From positions 209,024 through 273,023 of the forward strand of contig CAIKRR010000014.1 in the NCBI GenBank assembly GCA_903829815.1: DNA of 64,000 bases. The letters are read 5' to 3'. The notes under the pieces were generated by a model that did not search any database, had not been told where the DNA came from, and saw only the letters and a program-made list of their open reading frames with translations. How positions within the stretch are numbered: position 1 is the stretch's first letter; the number at the start of each line of letters is the position of its first letter. Made by a program: the position numbers and the translations under genes. Shown here in pieces: positions 1 through 10,936 of the stretch. The stretch is from an uncultured Pseudomonadota bacterium (GTDB taxonomy: Bacteria; Pseudomonadota; Gammaproteobacteria; Burkholderiales; SG8-39).

Positions 1-153
1 AATGTCATCGACCGAAAACTGTTCGAGCCGGCGTGCCGGCGCAATAGCCAGCAGCGCGTCGAGGTCGCGGCCATAGCCTTGTGCGGTGTGCGCGCTCAGC
101 CGCCGCGCGTGCACGACATGCGCCAGAAAGGCCTCGACTTCAGGGTGTCTCAC
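1..153 (-). CDS. xerC: Tyrosine recombinase XerC, N-terminal fragment (gene continues past the left edge)
   Basis: Reverse-strand translation from GTG at 153 reads [35 protein letters not shown], the SAM-like N-terminal domain of XerC/XerD recombinases. It has a GTGA start/stop overlap with the DUF484 gene and sits in the conserved dapF-DUF484-xerC order. Confidence 0.7.
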   Translation of the reverse strand, partial: MRHPEVEAFLAHVVHARRLSAHTAQGYGRDLDALLAIAPARRLEQFSVDDI

Positions 154-803
154 GAAACCCTGGCAAGGGCTGCGCCCAGCAGCTCACCGATGCGCGTCAG
201 ATAGACCGTCCCCATGCCGGGGTAGAAGCGACCCGGGTCTTCGCTACCGAGTGACAGCAGCCCAAAGGTGCCCGCCGCGTCGCGCAGGGGCACGAACGCC
301 ACGGCACGCACATGCTCGGTGGCCACCGCAAACCAGCTCGCCGCCTCGAAACTGCCGTTGACCCCGCAGAACGGATGCTCCAGGCGTGCGACGTACTCGC
401 GCAGACTGTCGCTCACGGGCGAATATTCCGGAGATTGCTCTGGCGCGCCGCCCTCGCCTCGCCACAGACGCAGGGCAACATGGGGCACGGCAAAGTCATC
501 GCCCAGACTTGTGTGCATGGCGCCGAGCACCGCAGCTCGGGTCGATGCCGATACGAGGGCGAGCGCGAGGCGATGCGTTCGGGTGATAGTGACATCGTTT
601 TGCTCGCCAAACCCGAGCATCTCGGTGAGGCGTGCCTCGAGCGCACGGTTCTTTGCCCGCAAGTTGATCACCTGCCGCTCGACCAGCGGAATGGCCTGAC
701 CGCTGATCGGGTGCCTGACGCGTATCGCTTCAAGCACCGCCGCATGCTCTTCGAAGAAAGCGGGGTTGTCCTGCAGATAGCTGGCAACGTCGTCTGCGTT
801 CAT
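150..803 (-). CDS. DUF484 (YigA-like) protein
   Basis: ORF 150..830. The product starts [20 protein letters not shown], a typical DUF484 N-terminus, followed by a GAF-like remainder. I prefer the ATG at 803, which forms an ATGA overlap with the dapF stop. The longest start is at 830. Confidence 0.8.
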   Translation of the reverse strand: MNADDVASYLQDNPAFFEEHAAVLEAIRVRHPISGQAIPLVERQVINLRAKNRALEARLTEMLGFGEQNDVTITRTHRLALALVSASTRAAVLGAMHTSLGDDFAVPHVALRLWRGEGGAPEQSPEYSPVSDSLREYVARLEHPFCGVNGSFEAASWFAVATEHVRAVAFVPLRDAAGTFGLLSLGSEDPGRFYPGMGTVYLTRIGELLGAALARVS

Positions 804-1696
804 TGATTGACCTGCTGTCGTGCCCCGCACACTGCGACAAGGGCTTGTTCATCGATACGACCATCAAACACGGCCACGGCTGGCCCCGACATCATCACCG
901 GATTCTCACCGCCTGCCCACGCAATCGTCAACACGCCTCCATGGGCAAGGACACGAACGCGGGGTGCGAGCAGTCCCGCACGAATGCCCGCAACCACAGC
1001 GGCACAGGCGCCCGTACCACAGGCCAGTGTCTCGCCAGCACCCCGCTCGAACACGCGAATGCGGATCTCCTCGCGGCTGATCACCTGCATGAAACCGGCA
1101 TTCACGCGCGACGGAAAGCGCGGGTGGCACTCGAGCAGCTGACCGACGGCGCGCACCGGATACGCCTCGAGCGCATCGACCAGTTGCACGGCGTGCGGGT
1201 TACCCATCGACACGACCCCCACCCGATGCAGGGCACCCTCGAGCTCGATCGGCCACCAGTCGAGCAAACCCTGGCGCGATGGCAAAAGCCCCGCCGCATC
1301 GAAGGGCACCTCAGCCGGTGCGAATCGGGGGGCCCCCATGTCAACGGTGACATCACCGCCCGGCTCCAGCGTGAGTTCGATCAGGCCAGCGCGGGTGCTC
1401 ACTTTCACCGTACGGTGCTCGAGCAACCCCTTGTCATGAACAAAGCGCACGAAGCAGCGCGCGCCGTTGCCACACTGCTCGACCTCGCCGCCATCACCGT
1501 TGAAGATGCGATAACGAAAGGCGGCCTGGGGGTGGTCAGAACGCTCGACCAGCAGAATCTGATCACAGCCAACACCACGATGGCGATCGGCCAGCGCACG
1601 CGCCAACCGAGGCGTCATGTCGACCGTCTGACGCACGCAATCGATCACGACGAAATCATTGCCGGCACCATGCATCTTGGTGAATTCGATCACCAC
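800..1696 (-). CDS. dapF: Diaminopimelate epimerase
   Basis: Contains [15 protein letters not shown] and both catalytic Cys motifs (CGNGARC and CGTGACA). GTG starts lie at 1696 and 1693; the one at 1693 gives a GTGA overlap with the upstream stop. Confidence 0.92.
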   Translation of the reverse strand: MVIEFTKMHGAGNDFVVIDCVRQTVDMTPRLARALADRHRGVGCDQILLVERSDHPQAAFRYRIFNGDGGEVEQCGNGARCFVRFVHDKGLLEHRTVKVSTRAGLIELTLEPGGDVTVDMGAPRFAPAEVPFDAAGLLPSRQGLLDWWPIELEGALHRVGVVSMGNPHAVQLVDALEAYPVRAVGQLLECHPRFPSRVNAGFMQVISREEIRIRVFERGAGETLACGTGACAAVVAGIRAGLLAPRVRVLAHGGVLTIAWAGGENPVMMSGPAVAVFDGRIDEQALVAVCGARQQVNQ

Positions 1697-2166
1697 GTCG
1701 CTCCTGATCCGCCACTGCGAGGCCCGACACCCAGCGTCGACCAGGCGCGCCAGGTACAGTCATCCATCACCACCTCGATGCCGGCGGCGGTGGCGCGAGC
1801 GGCTGCGTCCTCGTTGACTACACCATCCTGGAACCAGAGCCGCTTCAGTCCCAGGGCAATGCAGGCATCCACCACCGGCATCACCTGATCGGAGGCACGA
1901 AACACATCGACCAGATCGACCGTTCGGGCCACATCGGGGATATCGGCCAGTTCACGATAGGCCGGCTCGCCGAGCCCGGTTGCAATGCCGGGGCGAACAG
2001 GAATGATGCGGTAGCCCACCTGCTGGAGAGCGGCCGCCACTCGATGGCTCGGTCGCGAAGGCTGCGGCGAGAACCCCACCACCGCAATCGAACGCACCTC
2101 GCCGAGCAGCGCCCGGATGCGATCAGGTGAAGGATTTCTGAAGGGAGAAAGCGGGCTGGAGGTCAT
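1690..2166 (-). CDS. CoA-binding domain protein (YccU/YneT-like)
   Basis: 158-aa ORF with [18 protein letters not shown]...GYRIIPVRP, a Rossmann-like CoA-binding fold signature. Confidence 0.75.
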   Translation of the reverse strand: MTSSPLSPFRNPSPDRIRALLGEVRSIAVVGFSPQPSRPSHRVAAALQQVGYRIIPVRPGIATGLGEPAYRELADIPDVARTVDLVDVFRASDQVMPVVDACIALGLKRLWFQDGVVNEDAAARATAAGIEVVMDDCTWRAWSTLGVGPRSGGSGATW

Positions 2167-2207
2167 GACCAGGGCAGCGTACCGGGAGTGGCGCGAACCT
2201 TCGCACC

Positions 2208-3218
2208 TTATTGGGAATCGGCCCGAATGCCGGCCGCACGTACCGCGTCGCCCAGATTGCGCAGGTCGCTTCGAATGGCCTCGGAAAACTCCGCTGGCGT
2301 GCTGCCGATGGCATCGACACCGATTTCGCGCAGCCGCCTGATGACAGCCGGATCCCGCGCCATGTCGATCATCACACGCGACAGCCGCTCGATGACGGCC
2401 GGTGGCGTAGCCGACGGTGCCAGCAGGCCATTCCAGGTCACCACCCGAAAACCCGGAAATCCTGACTCGGCAACCGTGGGCACATCGGGAAAACTGCTGG
2501 CGCGTCGATCACCCGAGGTAGCCAGCAGGCGGAGCCGGTCGCTTCTGGCATGAGGCACATAGTCGGCCAGGTTGCCGAAATACATCGGCACCTGCCCACC
2601 GAGCAGATCCACCATGGCCGGCGCACCGCCCTTGTAGTTCACATGTTCCATCGACAGCCCGGCGCGCTGGATCAGCATGACCATGACCAGGTGCGACAGA
2701 CTGCCCGTGCCACCGGATGCGTAGGGCACCGCGCCGGGTCGGGCACGCACATGCTCGATGAGGGCGCGCAGGGTCTTCACCTCGGGGAGCACCGTGGTAC
2801 TGATGCCCAGCACGAGCGGGTTGCTGCCAACGATGCTCACCGGCGCAAAGTCGGCCAACGAGTCATAGGCCACTTTCTGGATGAAGGGCAGCACCGCCAG
2901 TTGCGCCACCGAGGAGACAAACAAGGTGTAGCCATCGGCGGGCGCGCGCGCCACGGCCTCGGCAGCGATGGCACCCCCTGCCCCGGTGCGATTCTCGACC
3001 ACGAACTGCTGGCCCAGCGCCTGACTGAGGCGTTCGGCGGCGATCCGCGCAATGGCATCGGTATTGCCACCGGCCGCAAACGGCACCAGTACCCGCACCG
3101 ATTTCTGCGGCCAGTTCTGCGCCAGCGCAGCAGGCGCGAGCAAAGCGCTCATCAGAACCAGCGCAGCCCTGCCGGCAACTGTCCGGATCAGGGGCACACC
3201 CGGTTTGTTCAGGTTCAA
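2208..3218 (-). CDS. Bug/TctC-family tripartite tricarboxylate transporter substrate-binding protein
   Basis: Signal peptide (ALVLMSALLAPAALAQ) followed by the family hallmark VRVLVPFAAGGNTD. The TTG start at 3218 overlaps the dsbA stop. A GTG a few codons downstream is an alternative start. Confidence 0.85.
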   Translation of the reverse strand: MNLNKPGVPLIRTVAGRAALVLMSALLAPAALAQNWPQKSVRVLVPFAAGGNTDAIARIAAERLSQALGQQFVVENRTGAGGAIAAEAVARAPADGYTLFVSSVAQLAVLPFIQKVAYDSLADFAPVSIVGSNPLVLGISTTVLPEVKTLRALIEHVRARPGAVPYASGGTGSLSHLVMVMLIQRAGLSMEHVNYKGGAPAMVDLLGGQVPMYFGNLADYVPHARSDRLRLLATSGDRRASSFPDVPTVAESGFPGFRVVTWNGLLAPSATPPAVIERLSRVMIDMARDPAVIRRLREIGVDAIGSTPAEFSEAIRSDLRNLGDAVRAAGIRADSQ

Positions 3219-3874
3219 CGCGCAGCCTTGGCACCAGGCCGTGCAGTGGTCAGCGCCTTGCGCTCTTCGGCAATGTACTGATCAACCATGGCGAGCATCT
3301 GCTGCGGGGACCCCGCAGCGTTCACGACATGGCGCCCCTGGATGACGATGGCAGGTACGCCATTGATGCGTGCCGCATCAATCAACTGCGCGGCACGCTT
3401 CAGGCGACTCTCGGTGGAGAACGACTTCGCGGCGGCCTGGTACTGCGGGCGATCGATGCCGTTTGAAGTCAGCCACTGCAACAGATCCGATTCCGAGGTC
3501 GGCCGCAGGTTGTCGCGATTGATGGCATCGAAGAAGGGACGGTGCAAGCGGGCAATCTGCCCCATCGATTCGAGCGCGTAGTACACCCGTGCCGAGGCGG
3601 CCCAGTTCTCGTTGAAGATGGCAGGCACCCGCTTGAACACCACGTCGCGGGGCAACTTGTCGATCCAGGGTTGCAACACCGGTTCGAGCGCATAGCAGTG
3701 GGGGCAACCGTACCAGAAGAATTCCAGCACCTCGACCTTGCCGGGGCTGTCTGTCGGCAGCGGATCGGTGAGTTCGTAGGAGGGCTGATTGTTCTGTGCC
3801 ATGACGGCTGAGCAAAGGGCCATCGCTCCGACGAACGGCACGGCAAGACGAACAAGAGAACGAAGCAGCGACAT
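3215..3874 (-). CDS. dsbA: Thiol:disulfide interchange protein DsbA
   Basis: Has FFWYGCPHCY (CPHC active site) and signal peptide MSLLRSLVRLAVPFVGAMALCSAVMAQ. I chose the ATG at 3874; the ORF-track start at 4030 would add a non-signal extension. Confidence 0.85.
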   Translation of the reverse strand: MSLLRSLVRLAVPFVGAMALCSAVMAQNNQPSYELTDPLPTDSPGKVEVLEFFWYGCPHCYALEPVLQPWIDKLPRDVVFKRVPAIFNENWAASARVYYALESMGQIARLHRPFFDAINRDNLRPTSESDLLQWLTSNGIDRPQYQAAAKSFSTESRLKRAAQLIDAARINGVPAIVIQGRHVVNAAGSPQQMLAMVDQYIAEERKALTTARPGAKAAR

Positions 3875-3959
3875 GAGCGGTCCTTTGAGCAACACGGCAG
3901 GGTGAGTCAGGGCGAACCTTCCTGCTCGGCCAGAGGCAAGGCCGGCAGTAACCGGGTGA

Positions 3960-4634
3960 TCATCGACGCACCGGATTGTGGCGAACGAGCGATGCATCGA
4001 CGCCATTCTGCGCCAGTTGCGATCGCACATGATTCACCTCGGCCACCGTCGAGTAGGGGCCGAGCCGCACCCGGTACCAGGTGCCTCGGTCAGGCAGATC
4101 GATGGGCTCGACATTGGCTTCCAGGCCAAGGAGCGCCAGTCGGGCCTTGAGCCCATCGGCATCAGCCGGGCTCTGGAATGCACCGGCCTGGAGAATGAAA
4201 TGCTCGACAACAGCAGGCGCATCGGCCGGTCGCGCCGGGCGCGCCACGCTGGGGCGACTGCCCTCGGCAGGTGGCGGAGGCGTTCCATCCTGGCCAGGCA
4301 ATATCTTGTAGAACTCGAAGCGTGGCTTGTCGGGTGACTCCGTCGCAGAGTCGGTTCGGGCATCGGCGTTCGATGCCGCCTTCGGCTCGGCAGCAGGACG
4401 AGCGACCGGCACCGCGGGGGCGGCGACAGGCGCCTTCGATTCGGCCTGCGGCTCGGCCAGCACCCGCTCGGGCACCTTCGGCTTGGCACTCCAGGGGAAG
4501 GGCGACTTCATCATGTAGACCGCAATCGCGGCACAGATCAAAAGCCCCATCATCAGACCGATGAACATCCCGACCAGCGTATTGCCGATGTTGGTCTGCT
4601 TTACAGGCTGCGAACGAGGCTTGAAGTCTTTCAC
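3960..4634 (-). CDS. SPOR-domain cell-division/peptidoglycan-binding protein
   Basis: An N-terminal single TM helix ([23 protein letters not shown]) is followed by a Pro/Ala-rich linker and a C-terminal SPOR domain ([24 protein letters not shown]...WYRVRLGPY). ATGA overlap with the argS stop. Confidence 0.8.
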   Translation of the reverse strand: MKDFKPRSQPVKQTNIGNTLVGMFIGLMMGLLICAAIAVYMMKSPFPWSAKPKVPERVLAEPQAESKAPVAAPAVPVARPAAEPKAASNADARTDSATESPDKPRFEFYKILPGQDGTPPPPAEGSRPSVARPARPADAPAVVEHFILQAGAFQSPADADGLKARLALLGLEANVEPIDLPDRGTWYRVRLGPYSTVAEVNHVRSQLAQNGVDASLVRHNPVRR

Positions 4635-6406
4635 ATCTTCTCCGGTGCACCAACGCCGAGCAAAGCGAGCCCATTGCGCAGCACCTGACGCGTTGCCGCG
4701 GCCAGGGCCAGTCGTGCCGTGCAGATGCGGGCATCTTCGACCAGGAAGCGCTCGGCATTATAGTAACCGTGAAACTCGGCTGCCAGTTCACGCAGGTAGA
4801 ACGCCACCAGATGCGGGGCGCAGTCGGCCGCGGCACTGGCGATGGTCAGCGGAAAATCATCGATGCGACGCATCAGGGCAAGCTCGCGCTCACCGGCCAG
4901 GAGATCAAAGTGCGCCGCGGCCAGCGCGGCCTCGTCGCCCCCCCACTGCTGGATCACCGAGCAGATGCGGGCATGCGCGTACTGCACGTAGTAGACCGGG
5001 TTCTCCTCGGTCTGCGCCTTGGCCAGATCGACATCGAAGACGAACTCGGTGTCGGCCTTTCGCGATACCAGAAAAAATCGCACCGCATCGCGCCCGACCT
5101 CGTCGATCAGATCGCGCAAGGTCACGTAACTGCCAGCACGCTTGGAGATCTTGACCTCCTCGCCGCCACGCATCACGGTCACCATCTTGTGCAGCAGGTA
5201 TCGCGGGTAGTCGGCCGGCACACCGATGGCGAGCGCCTGCAGACCGGCACGCACCCGGGCAGTCGACCCGAAATGGTCAGACCCCATGATGTTGATGGCG
5301 GCGCGAAAACCCCGCTTCCACTTGCTGACGTGGTAGGCGACGTCGGGAACAAAATAGGTGTAGGTGCCGTCGGACTTTCGCATGACACGGTCCTTGTCGT
5401 CACCGTAGTCGGTTGTGCGCAACCACAGCGCACCCTCATGCTCGTAGGTCTTGCCGGCCTCGGTGAGCGCGCGCACCGTCCCTGCCACACTGCCATCGGC
5501 GTAGAGTGAAGACTCCAGATAGAAGTTGTCGAATCGGACACCAAACGCCTGCAGGTCCCTATCCTGCTCATGGCGCAGGTAGGCAACCGCAAAACGCCGG
5601 ATGCCGTCAAAGTCGGTCACCAGGCCCGAGGCTGCGACCGCACCACCATCAGCCGCGATGACGGTCTTGCCAGCCAGAAAATCGGCTGCAATGTCGCGGA
5701 TGTACTGGCCGTGATAACCATCTGCTGGAAACTCGATGACCTCACCCGCGGCTTGGCGAGCACGGGCCTGCACCGAGCGCGCAAGATTCTCGATCTGCAC
5801 CCCGGCATCGTTGTAATAGAACTCGCGCGTGACCCGATACCCGGTGGCTTCCAGCAACTGGCACAAGGCAGCACCCAGGGCACCCTGGCGCCCATGGCCC
5901 ACGTGCAATGGCCCGGTGGGGTTGGCCGAGACGAACTCGACCATCACCGGGACATCGGAGCCGGCGCCCGATTCACCAAAGGAACCAGCACGTTCAAACA
6001 CCAGCGGCAGCACCCGCTGCAGCGCCTGCGGCGCGAGGCGCAGGTTGATGAACCCGGGACCCGCAATCTCGGCAGCCACGACCCACTCGGATGCGGGCAA
6101 TGCATCGATGAGAGCCTGCGCCAGGTCGCGCGGGGCACGCTTGAGCGGCCGGGCGAGCTGCATCGCCAGATTGCAGGAGAAGTCGCCGTGCGCGGCCACC
6201 TTGGGTCGATCAACCAGCACCAGACTTGCCGCAGCCTCGGGTGCAACCCGGGCAAGCGCCTGCACGAGCAAGGCGGAGACGTGACCTCGCAGCTCGCCTT
6301 GCGCCAGGGCGCTCAGGCGCCGTGCCGACAGGATGGCATCGTCACTCGAGCCCGCAGACTGGGCAGAGACGGGGGCAAGGGGTGTTTCGTTGGGCACGAT
6401 CGGCAA
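4631..6406 (-). CDS. argS: Arginine--tRNA ligase
   Basis: Class I motifs [13 protein letters not shown] (HIGH) and KISKRAG (KMSKS-like), plus [13 protein letters not shown]. Start is TTG at 6406, with a GTG three codons in as the alternative. Confidence 0.93.
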   Translation of the reverse strand: MPIVPNETPLAPVSAQSAGSSDDAILSARRLSALAQGELRGHVSALLVQALARVAPEAAASLVLVDRPKVAAHGDFSCNLAMQLARPLKRAPRDLAQALIDALPASEWVVAAEIAGPGFINLRLAPQALQRVLPLVFERAGSFGESGAGSDVPVMVEFVSANPTGPLHVGHGRQGALGAALCQLLEATGYRVTREFYYNDAGVQIENLARSVQARARQAAGEVIEFPADGYHGQYIRDIAADFLAGKTVIAADGGAVAASGLVTDFDGIRRFAVAYLRHEQDRDLQAFGVRFDNFYLESSLYADGSVAGTVRALTEAGKTYEHEGALWLRTTDYGDDKDRVMRKSDGTYTYFVPDVAYHVSKWKRGFRAAINIMGSDHFGSTARVRAGLQALAIGVPADYPRYLLHKMVTVMRGGEEVKISKRAGSYVTLRDLIDEVGRDAVRFFLVSRKADTEFVFDVDLAKAQTEENPVYYVQYAHARICSVIQQWGGDEAALAAAHFDLLAGERELALMRRIDDFPLTIASAAADCAPHLVAFYLRELAAEFHGYYNAERFLVEDARICTARLALAAATRQVLRNGLALLGVGAPEKM

Positions 6407-6446
6407 TACCAGTCAGGGCAGACCACTGATTATACGGGTCGAGCGC

Positions 6447-7337
6447 TCAGGCCTGCCCGATCCCGAGCCGGTTGCAGATCTCGCTCGAGAGCCCGGCCTG
6501 ATTCATTGTGTAGAAATGCAACCCGGGTGCGCCACCGGCCACCAGACGCGCGCACAGCGTGGTCACCACATCGAGGCCCAGGGCACGGATCGAAGCAGCG
6601 TCATCGCCCAGGTCCTGCATGCGCAGGCGCAACCAGCGCGGAATCTCGGCGCCGCACGCCTCGGAGAAGCGCGCCAGCTGGCTGAAATTGGCAATCGGCA
6701 TGATCCCCGGAACAATCGGAATCCGGATGCCAGCAGAGCGAGCCTCGTCTACAAAGCGCAGGTAGGCATCGGCGTTGAAGAAGTACTGGGTGATGGCCGA
6801 ATCGGCCCCGGCCTCGACCTTGCGCTTGAGCGCGAGCAGATCATCGCGCGCACTGCGTGCCTGCGGATGTACCTCGGGGTAGCAGGCCACTTCGATATGA
6901 AAGTGGCTGCCGGTCTGTTCGCGGATGAAGCCGACCAGGTCGCTTGCGTAGCGCAGATCGCCCAGCCCGACGCTGCCCGAGGGCAGATCGCCGCGCAGTG
7001 CCACGATGCGCCGGATACCCTGCTCGCGCCAGGTCTGGAGCAGCGCCGCTGTCTCGATACGGCTTGCGCCGATGCACGACAGGTGAGGTGCGGCGGGGTG
7101 GCCGGCTTCGATCAGATCGAGTACCGCGCCCAGGGTACGGTCGCGGGTCGACCCACCGGCCCCGTAGGTCACCGAGAAGAAATGCGGCAAACGGCAGGCA
7201 AGCTCTGCTGCCGTGCTGCGCAGTCGCTGCACACCTTCGTCGGACTTGGGTGGGAAGAACTCGAAGCTGACCTGCAGCGCCGATGTCGACCCCGGGGCCG
7301 ACCCGACGTTTTCCGCGGCGCCCGCAGACCCGGTCAT
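6447..7337 (-). CDS. metF: Methylenetetrahydrofolate reductase
   Basis: Contains VSFEFFPPKS...FFSVTYGAGGSTR...VALRGD, typical of MetF. It begins 3 nt after the ahcY stop. Confidence 0.9.
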   Translation of the reverse strand: MTGSAGAAENVGSAPGSTSALQVSFEFFPPKSDEGVQRLRSTAAELACRLPHFFSVTYGAGGSTRDRTLGAVLDLIEAGHPAAPHLSCIGASRIETAALLQTWREQGIRRIVALRGDLPSGSVGLGDLRYASDLVGFIREQTGSHFHIEVACYPEVHPQARSARDDLLALKRKVEAGADSAITQYFFNADAYLRFVDEARSAGIRIPIVPGIMPIANFSQLARFSEACGAEIPRWLRLRMQDLGDDAASIRALGLDVVTTLCARLVAGGAPGLHFYTMNQAGLSSEICNRLGIGQA

Positions 7338-7340
7338 CGA

Positions 7341-8756
7341 TCAGTAACGATACTGATCGGGCTTGTAGGGCCCGTGCAGATCGACACCGATGTACTGCGC
7401 CTGCGCATCCGACAACTGCGTGAGGTTGGCACCCAGTTTCTGCAACTGCAACCGGGCCACCTTCTCGTCCAGATGCTTGGGCAGGGTGTAGACGCCCACC
7501 GGATAGTTTTCCGGGTGGTTGAAGAGTTCGATCTGCGCAATCGTCTGGTTGGCAAACGATGAACTCATCACGTAGCTGGGGTGACCGGTGCCACAACCCA
7601 GGTTCACCAACCGGCCCTCGGCCAGCAGGATGATGCGCTTGCCGTCCGGAAAGATCACGTGATCGACCTGGGGCTTGATGTTTTCCCAGGTGTAGGCCTT
7701 GAGCGCAGCCACGTCGATCTCGTTGTCGAAGTGACCGATATTGCACACGATGGCCTGGTTCTTCATGCGACGCATGTGATCATGGGTAATCACGTGGAAG
7801 TTGCCGGTGGCCGAGACGAAGATGTCGGCCTTGTCGCAGGCCTCGTCCATGGTGACCACTCGGTAGCCTTCCATGGCCGCCTGGAGCGCGCAGATCGGGT
7901 CGATCTCGGTGACCCAGACCTGGGCCGACAGCGCGCGCAGCGCCTGTGCCGAACCCTTGCCCACGTCGCCATAGCCGCAGACCACGGCAACCTTGCCGGC
8001 GATCATCACGTCGGTTGCCCGCTTGATCCCGTCGACCAGCGATTCGCGGCAGCCGTAGAGGTTGTCGAACTTGGACTTGGTGACCGAGTCGTTCACGTTG
8101 ATGGCCGGGAAGGCAAGACGCCCTTCCTTGGCCATCTGATACAGACGCTTCACACCGGTGGTGGTCTCTTCGGTGACACCCTTCACCGCGGCGAGACGCC
8201 TGGAGTACCAGCCGGGGCTTTGCGCCAGCTGCTTCTTGATCGAGGCAAAGAGGAATTCCTCCTCTTCGCTGCCCGGGTGGCCCAGGATCGACGCATCGGT
8301 CTCGGCACGTGCCCCGAGATGCAGAAGCAGCGTTGCATCGCCGCCGTCGTCCAGAATCATGTTGGTAAAGCCACCATCGGGCCACTCGAAGATGCGGTGC
8401 GAGTAATCCCAGTAATCCTCGAGCGACTCACCCTTCCACGCAAACACGGCGGTGCCGCCCGCGGCAATGGCGGCGGCGGCGTGATCCTGAGTGGAATAGA
8501 TGTTGCACGAAGCCCAGCGCACATCGGCACCCAGCGCCTTCAGCGTCTCGATCAGGACCGCAGTCTGGATCGTCATGTGCAGCGAGCCGGTAATTCGGGC
8601 ACCGCGCAGCGGGCGGGTGGCGGCGAACTCTTCACGAATCGCCATCAGACCGGGCATTTCGGTCTCGGCGATGGCGATTTCCTTGCGTCCCCAGCCAGCG
8701 AGGCCGATGTCGGCGACGCGATAGTCAGGGCTTGCTGCGGCGGGTGCTGCACTCAT
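7341..8756 (-). CDS. ahcY: Adenosylhomocysteinase
   Basis: Contains [28 protein letters not shown] and the NAD site [16 protein letters not shown], ending in KPDQYRY. I chose the ATG at 8756; the ORF-track start at 8864 adds an implausible Arg/Cys-rich leader that overlaps metK. Confidence 0.95.
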   Translation of the reverse strand: MSAAPAAASPDYRVADIGLAGWGRKEIAIAETEMPGLMAIREEFAATRPLRGARITGSLHMTIQTAVLIETLKALGADVRWASCNIYSTQDHAAAAIAAGGTAVFAWKGESLEDYWDYSHRIFEWPDGGFTNMILDDGGDATLLLHLGARAETDASILGHPGSEEEEFLFASIKKQLAQSPGWYSRRLAAVKGVTEETTTGVKRLYQMAKEGRLAFPAINVNDSVTKSKFDNLYGCRESLVDGIKRATDVMIAGKVAVVCGYGDVGKGSAQALRALSAQVWVTEIDPICALQAAMEGYRVVTMDEACDKADIFVSATGNFHVITHDHMRRMKNQAIVCNIGHFDNEIDVAALKAYTWENIKPQVDHVIFPDGKRIILLAEGRLVNLGCGTGHPSYVMSSSFANQTIAQIELFNHPENYPVGVYTLPKHLDEKVARLQLQKLGANLTQLSDAQAQYIGVDLHGPYKPDQYRY

Positions 8757-8806
8757 TGTTGCTGCTCCATGAACGGATGTCGTACGGGTAGATGCGATTG
8801 AACCGC

Positions 8807-9976
8807 TCAGGCCTTGATGCCTGCATCGGCCGCCAGCGCAGCGGCCTTGTCGGTACGCTCCCACGAAAATTCGGGCTCCTCGCGGCCAAAGTGGCCGTAG
8901 GCTGCGGTCTTCTGGTAGATCGGGCGCAGAAGATCAAGCATCTGCACGATGCCCTTGGGGCGCAGATCGAAGTGACGCTGCACCAGTTCGCTGATCTTCT
9001 CATCGGAAATGCGGCCGGTGCCCGAGGTGGTGACCCACACCGAGGTCGGTCGCGCAACACCGATGGCGTAGCTCACCTGTACCAGGCACTTCGACGCGAG
9101 GCCAGCCGCCACCACGTTCTTGGCGACGTAACGCGCCGCGTAGGCCGCGGAACGATCGACCTTGGACGGATCCTTGCCGGAGAACGCACCACCACCGTGG
9201 GGGGCAGCGCCACCGTAGGTGTCGACGATGATCTTGCGACCGGTGAGACCACAATCACCCTGCGGCCCACCGACCACGAAACGCCCGGTCGGGTTGATGA
9301 GATAGCGGATATCGCCACGCACGAGTTCCGGCGGCAGCACCGGCTTCACCACCTCTTCGATCACCGCCTCGGACAGCGTCTTGTGGTCAATGTCGGGCGA
9401 GTGCTGGGTCGATACCACCACGGTGTCGATCGAATGCGGCTTGCCATCGACATAGCGCACCGTCACCTGACTCTTCGCGTCGGGGCGCAGCCAGTCAAGA
9501 CGGCCGGAACGGCGCACTTCGGCCTGGCGCTCCATCAGACGATGCGACAGGTGGATGGCCAGGGGCATCAACGTCGATGTCTCTTCACAGGCATAGCCGA
9601 ACATCAGACCCTGGTCACCGGCGCCTTGCTCGAGGTCAAGACCCTGCCCTTCGGTGACCCCTTGCGAGATGTCGGGCGACTGCTTGTCGTAGCAGACCAT
9701 CACCGCGCAACCGCGATAATCGATACCGAAATCGGTGTTGTCGTAGCCGATGCGCTTGATGGTTTCGCGCGCAACCTGGATGTAATCCACGTTCGCGCGG
9801 GTGGTGATTTCACCGGCCATCACGACCAGGCCGGTGTTGCACAAGGTCTCGGCCGCGACCCGGCTGGTGCGATCCTGTGCGAGGATGGCATCGAGGACCG
9901 CATCGGAAATCTGGTCGGCCACCTTGTCCGGATGGCCCTCGGATACGGATTCCGAGGTAAAGAGATATTCGCTCAT
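8807..9976 (-). CDS. metK: S-adenosylmethionine synthase
   Basis: Contains [25 protein letters not shown] and [12 protein letters not shown]. It occupies the last 389 codons of the 660-aa ORF 8807..10789. Confidence 0.95.
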   Translation of the reverse strand: MSEYLFTSESVSEGHPDKVADQISDAVLDAILAQDRTSRVAAETLCNTGLVVMAGEITTRANVDYIQVARETIKRIGYDNTDFGIDYRGCAVMVCYDKQSPDISQGVTEGQGLDLEQGAGDQGLMFGYACEETSTLMPLAIHLSHRLMERQAEVRRSGRLDWLRPDAKSQVTVRYVDGKPHSIDTVVVSTQHSPDIDHKTLSEAVIEEVVKPVLPPELVRGDIRYLINPTGRFVVGGPQGDCGLTGRKIIVDTYGGAAPHGGGAFSGKDPSKVDRSAAYAARYVAKNVVAAGLASKCLVQVSYAIGVARPTSVWVTTSGTGRISDEKISELVQRHFDLRPKGIVQMLDLLRPIYQKTAAYGHFGREEPEFSWERTDKAAALAADAGIKA

Positions 9977-10081
9977 CGCAATGCTCGCGCCTTGTCTTGG
10001 ATGAATGGAAGAACCGCCCAAGCCCCCGGGGAAAACCCGGGCCATGCTATGGCAGCCGTATGCGCCGCTTTCGACATAACC

Positions 10082-10936
10082 ATGCAATTTAGCAGAAAAC
10101 TCGTTTTCGGCCTCGTCAGAGCGCTTGCCTGCTGCCCCCTGGTGGTGCTGCAACTGGGCGGCGCAGCACTGGGCTGGGTGCCCTTCATCGTCTCGCCACG
10201 CTACCGCAAGCGCCTGCAAGCCAACCTCGCGCAAGCGGGCTACCCGGGCTGGCGCCCGCTGGCCGGGGCCGTCCATGGCATCGGAGCAGGCGCACTCGAA
10301 ATCGCCTGGATCTGGCTGCGCCCGGCCCAGCAGGTGCTCTCGCGCATCCTCGAGGTGCGCGGCGAGGCGGTCATCGAAGCGGCACTGGCGCGCGGCTCGG
10401 GCATCGTCTATCTCACCCCGCATCTGGGCTGCTTCGAGCTGGCCGGTCTGTATCTGGGCACCCGAGGTCCCATCACGGTGATGTATCGCGCGCCGCGACT
10501 GGCATGGCTCGAACCGCTGATGCAGGCTGGCCGGGTTCGCGCGCAAGTGCGCACCTGCACCGCAGATCGCAGCGGCGTACGCGCTCTGATGAAGGCACTG
10601 CGTGCCGGTGAAGCCATTGGCGTGCTGCCCGACCAGGTGCCCCAGGCAGGCGGTGGCGACTGGGCCGAATTCTTCGGCCAGCCCGCCTACACGAGTCATC
10701 TGGTAACCCGACTGGGCGCACTGCCCGGGGTGCAGGTGGTGATGGCCGTCTGCGAGCGACTGCCCATGGGGGCGGGCTATCGTCTGCACTTCACCGCCAT
10801 CGCACTGCCCGCAGGCGATGGGGCAGCGCGCGCGCTCAATAAGGCCATCGAGGCGGCCATACGGCAGTTACCCGGTCAATATCTGTGGAGCTACAACCGC
10901 TACAAGCAGCCGCGCGCCGAGGCTCCCGCCCGATGA
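10082..10936 (+). CDS. Lipid A biosynthesis (Kdo)2-lipid IVA acyltransferase, LpxL/HtrB family, paralog 1
   Basis: Real product is the last 284 aa of ORF 8792..10936. It has an N-terminal TM segment, an H-x4-E acyltransferase motif (TPHLGCFEL), and the family C-terminus [12 protein letters not shown]. The start at 10082 is uncertain; an ATG 11 codons upstream is possible. Confidence 0.8.
   Translation: MQFSRKLVFGLVRALACCPLVVLQLGGAALGWVPFIVSPRYRKRLQANLAQAGYPGWRPLAGAVHGIGAGALEIAWIWLRPAQQVLSRILEVRGEAVIEAALARGSGIVYLTPHLGCFELAGLYLGTRGPITVMYRAPRLAWLEPLMQAGRVRAQVRTCTADRSGVRALMKALRAGEAIGVLPDQVPQAGGGDWAEFFGQPAYTSHLVTRLGALPGVQVVMAVCERLPMGAGYRLHFTAIALPAGDGAARALNKAIEAAIRQLPGQYLWSYNRYKQPRAEAPAR

Noticed and set aside
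1-153. Integrase at the window edge as a marker of a genomic island
   Set aside because: The N-terminus and the dapF-DUF484-xerC synteny identify it as the housekeeping chromosome-dimer resolvase XerC, not a phage or island integrase. No att-like repeats or tRNA are nearby.
6429-6434. Perfect TATAAT on the minus strand 23 nt upstream of the argS start
   Set aside because: There is no acceptable -35 (GGCAGG at 17-bp spacing) and no extended -10 TG. A lone hexamer is insufficient to call a promoter.
8830-8890. SAH-riboswitch-like words (CGAGGAGC ... GCGCUGGCGGC) on the minus strand just upstream of ahcY
   Set aside because: They lie inside the conserved C-terminal coding sequence of metK ([21 protein letters not shown]). 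They lack the full P1/P2/P4 arrangement, so the resemblance is best explained by coding constraints.
10025-10041. CCCGGG-gaaaa-CCCGGG hairpin in the metK/lpxL divergent region as a riboswitch or terminator
   Set aside because: It is a 6-bp stem only, with no U-tract, and I could not recognise any conserved SAM-riboswitch core around it. It is mentioned under the methyl-cycle finding as something for cmsearch to settle.
8792-10936. 714-aa plus-strand ORF covering the whole metK locus
   Set aside because: Only its last 284 codons (from 10082) resemble a real protein, the LpxL family. The rest is antisense to the clearly genuine metK and is a stop-poor shadow frame, typical of GC-rich DNA.
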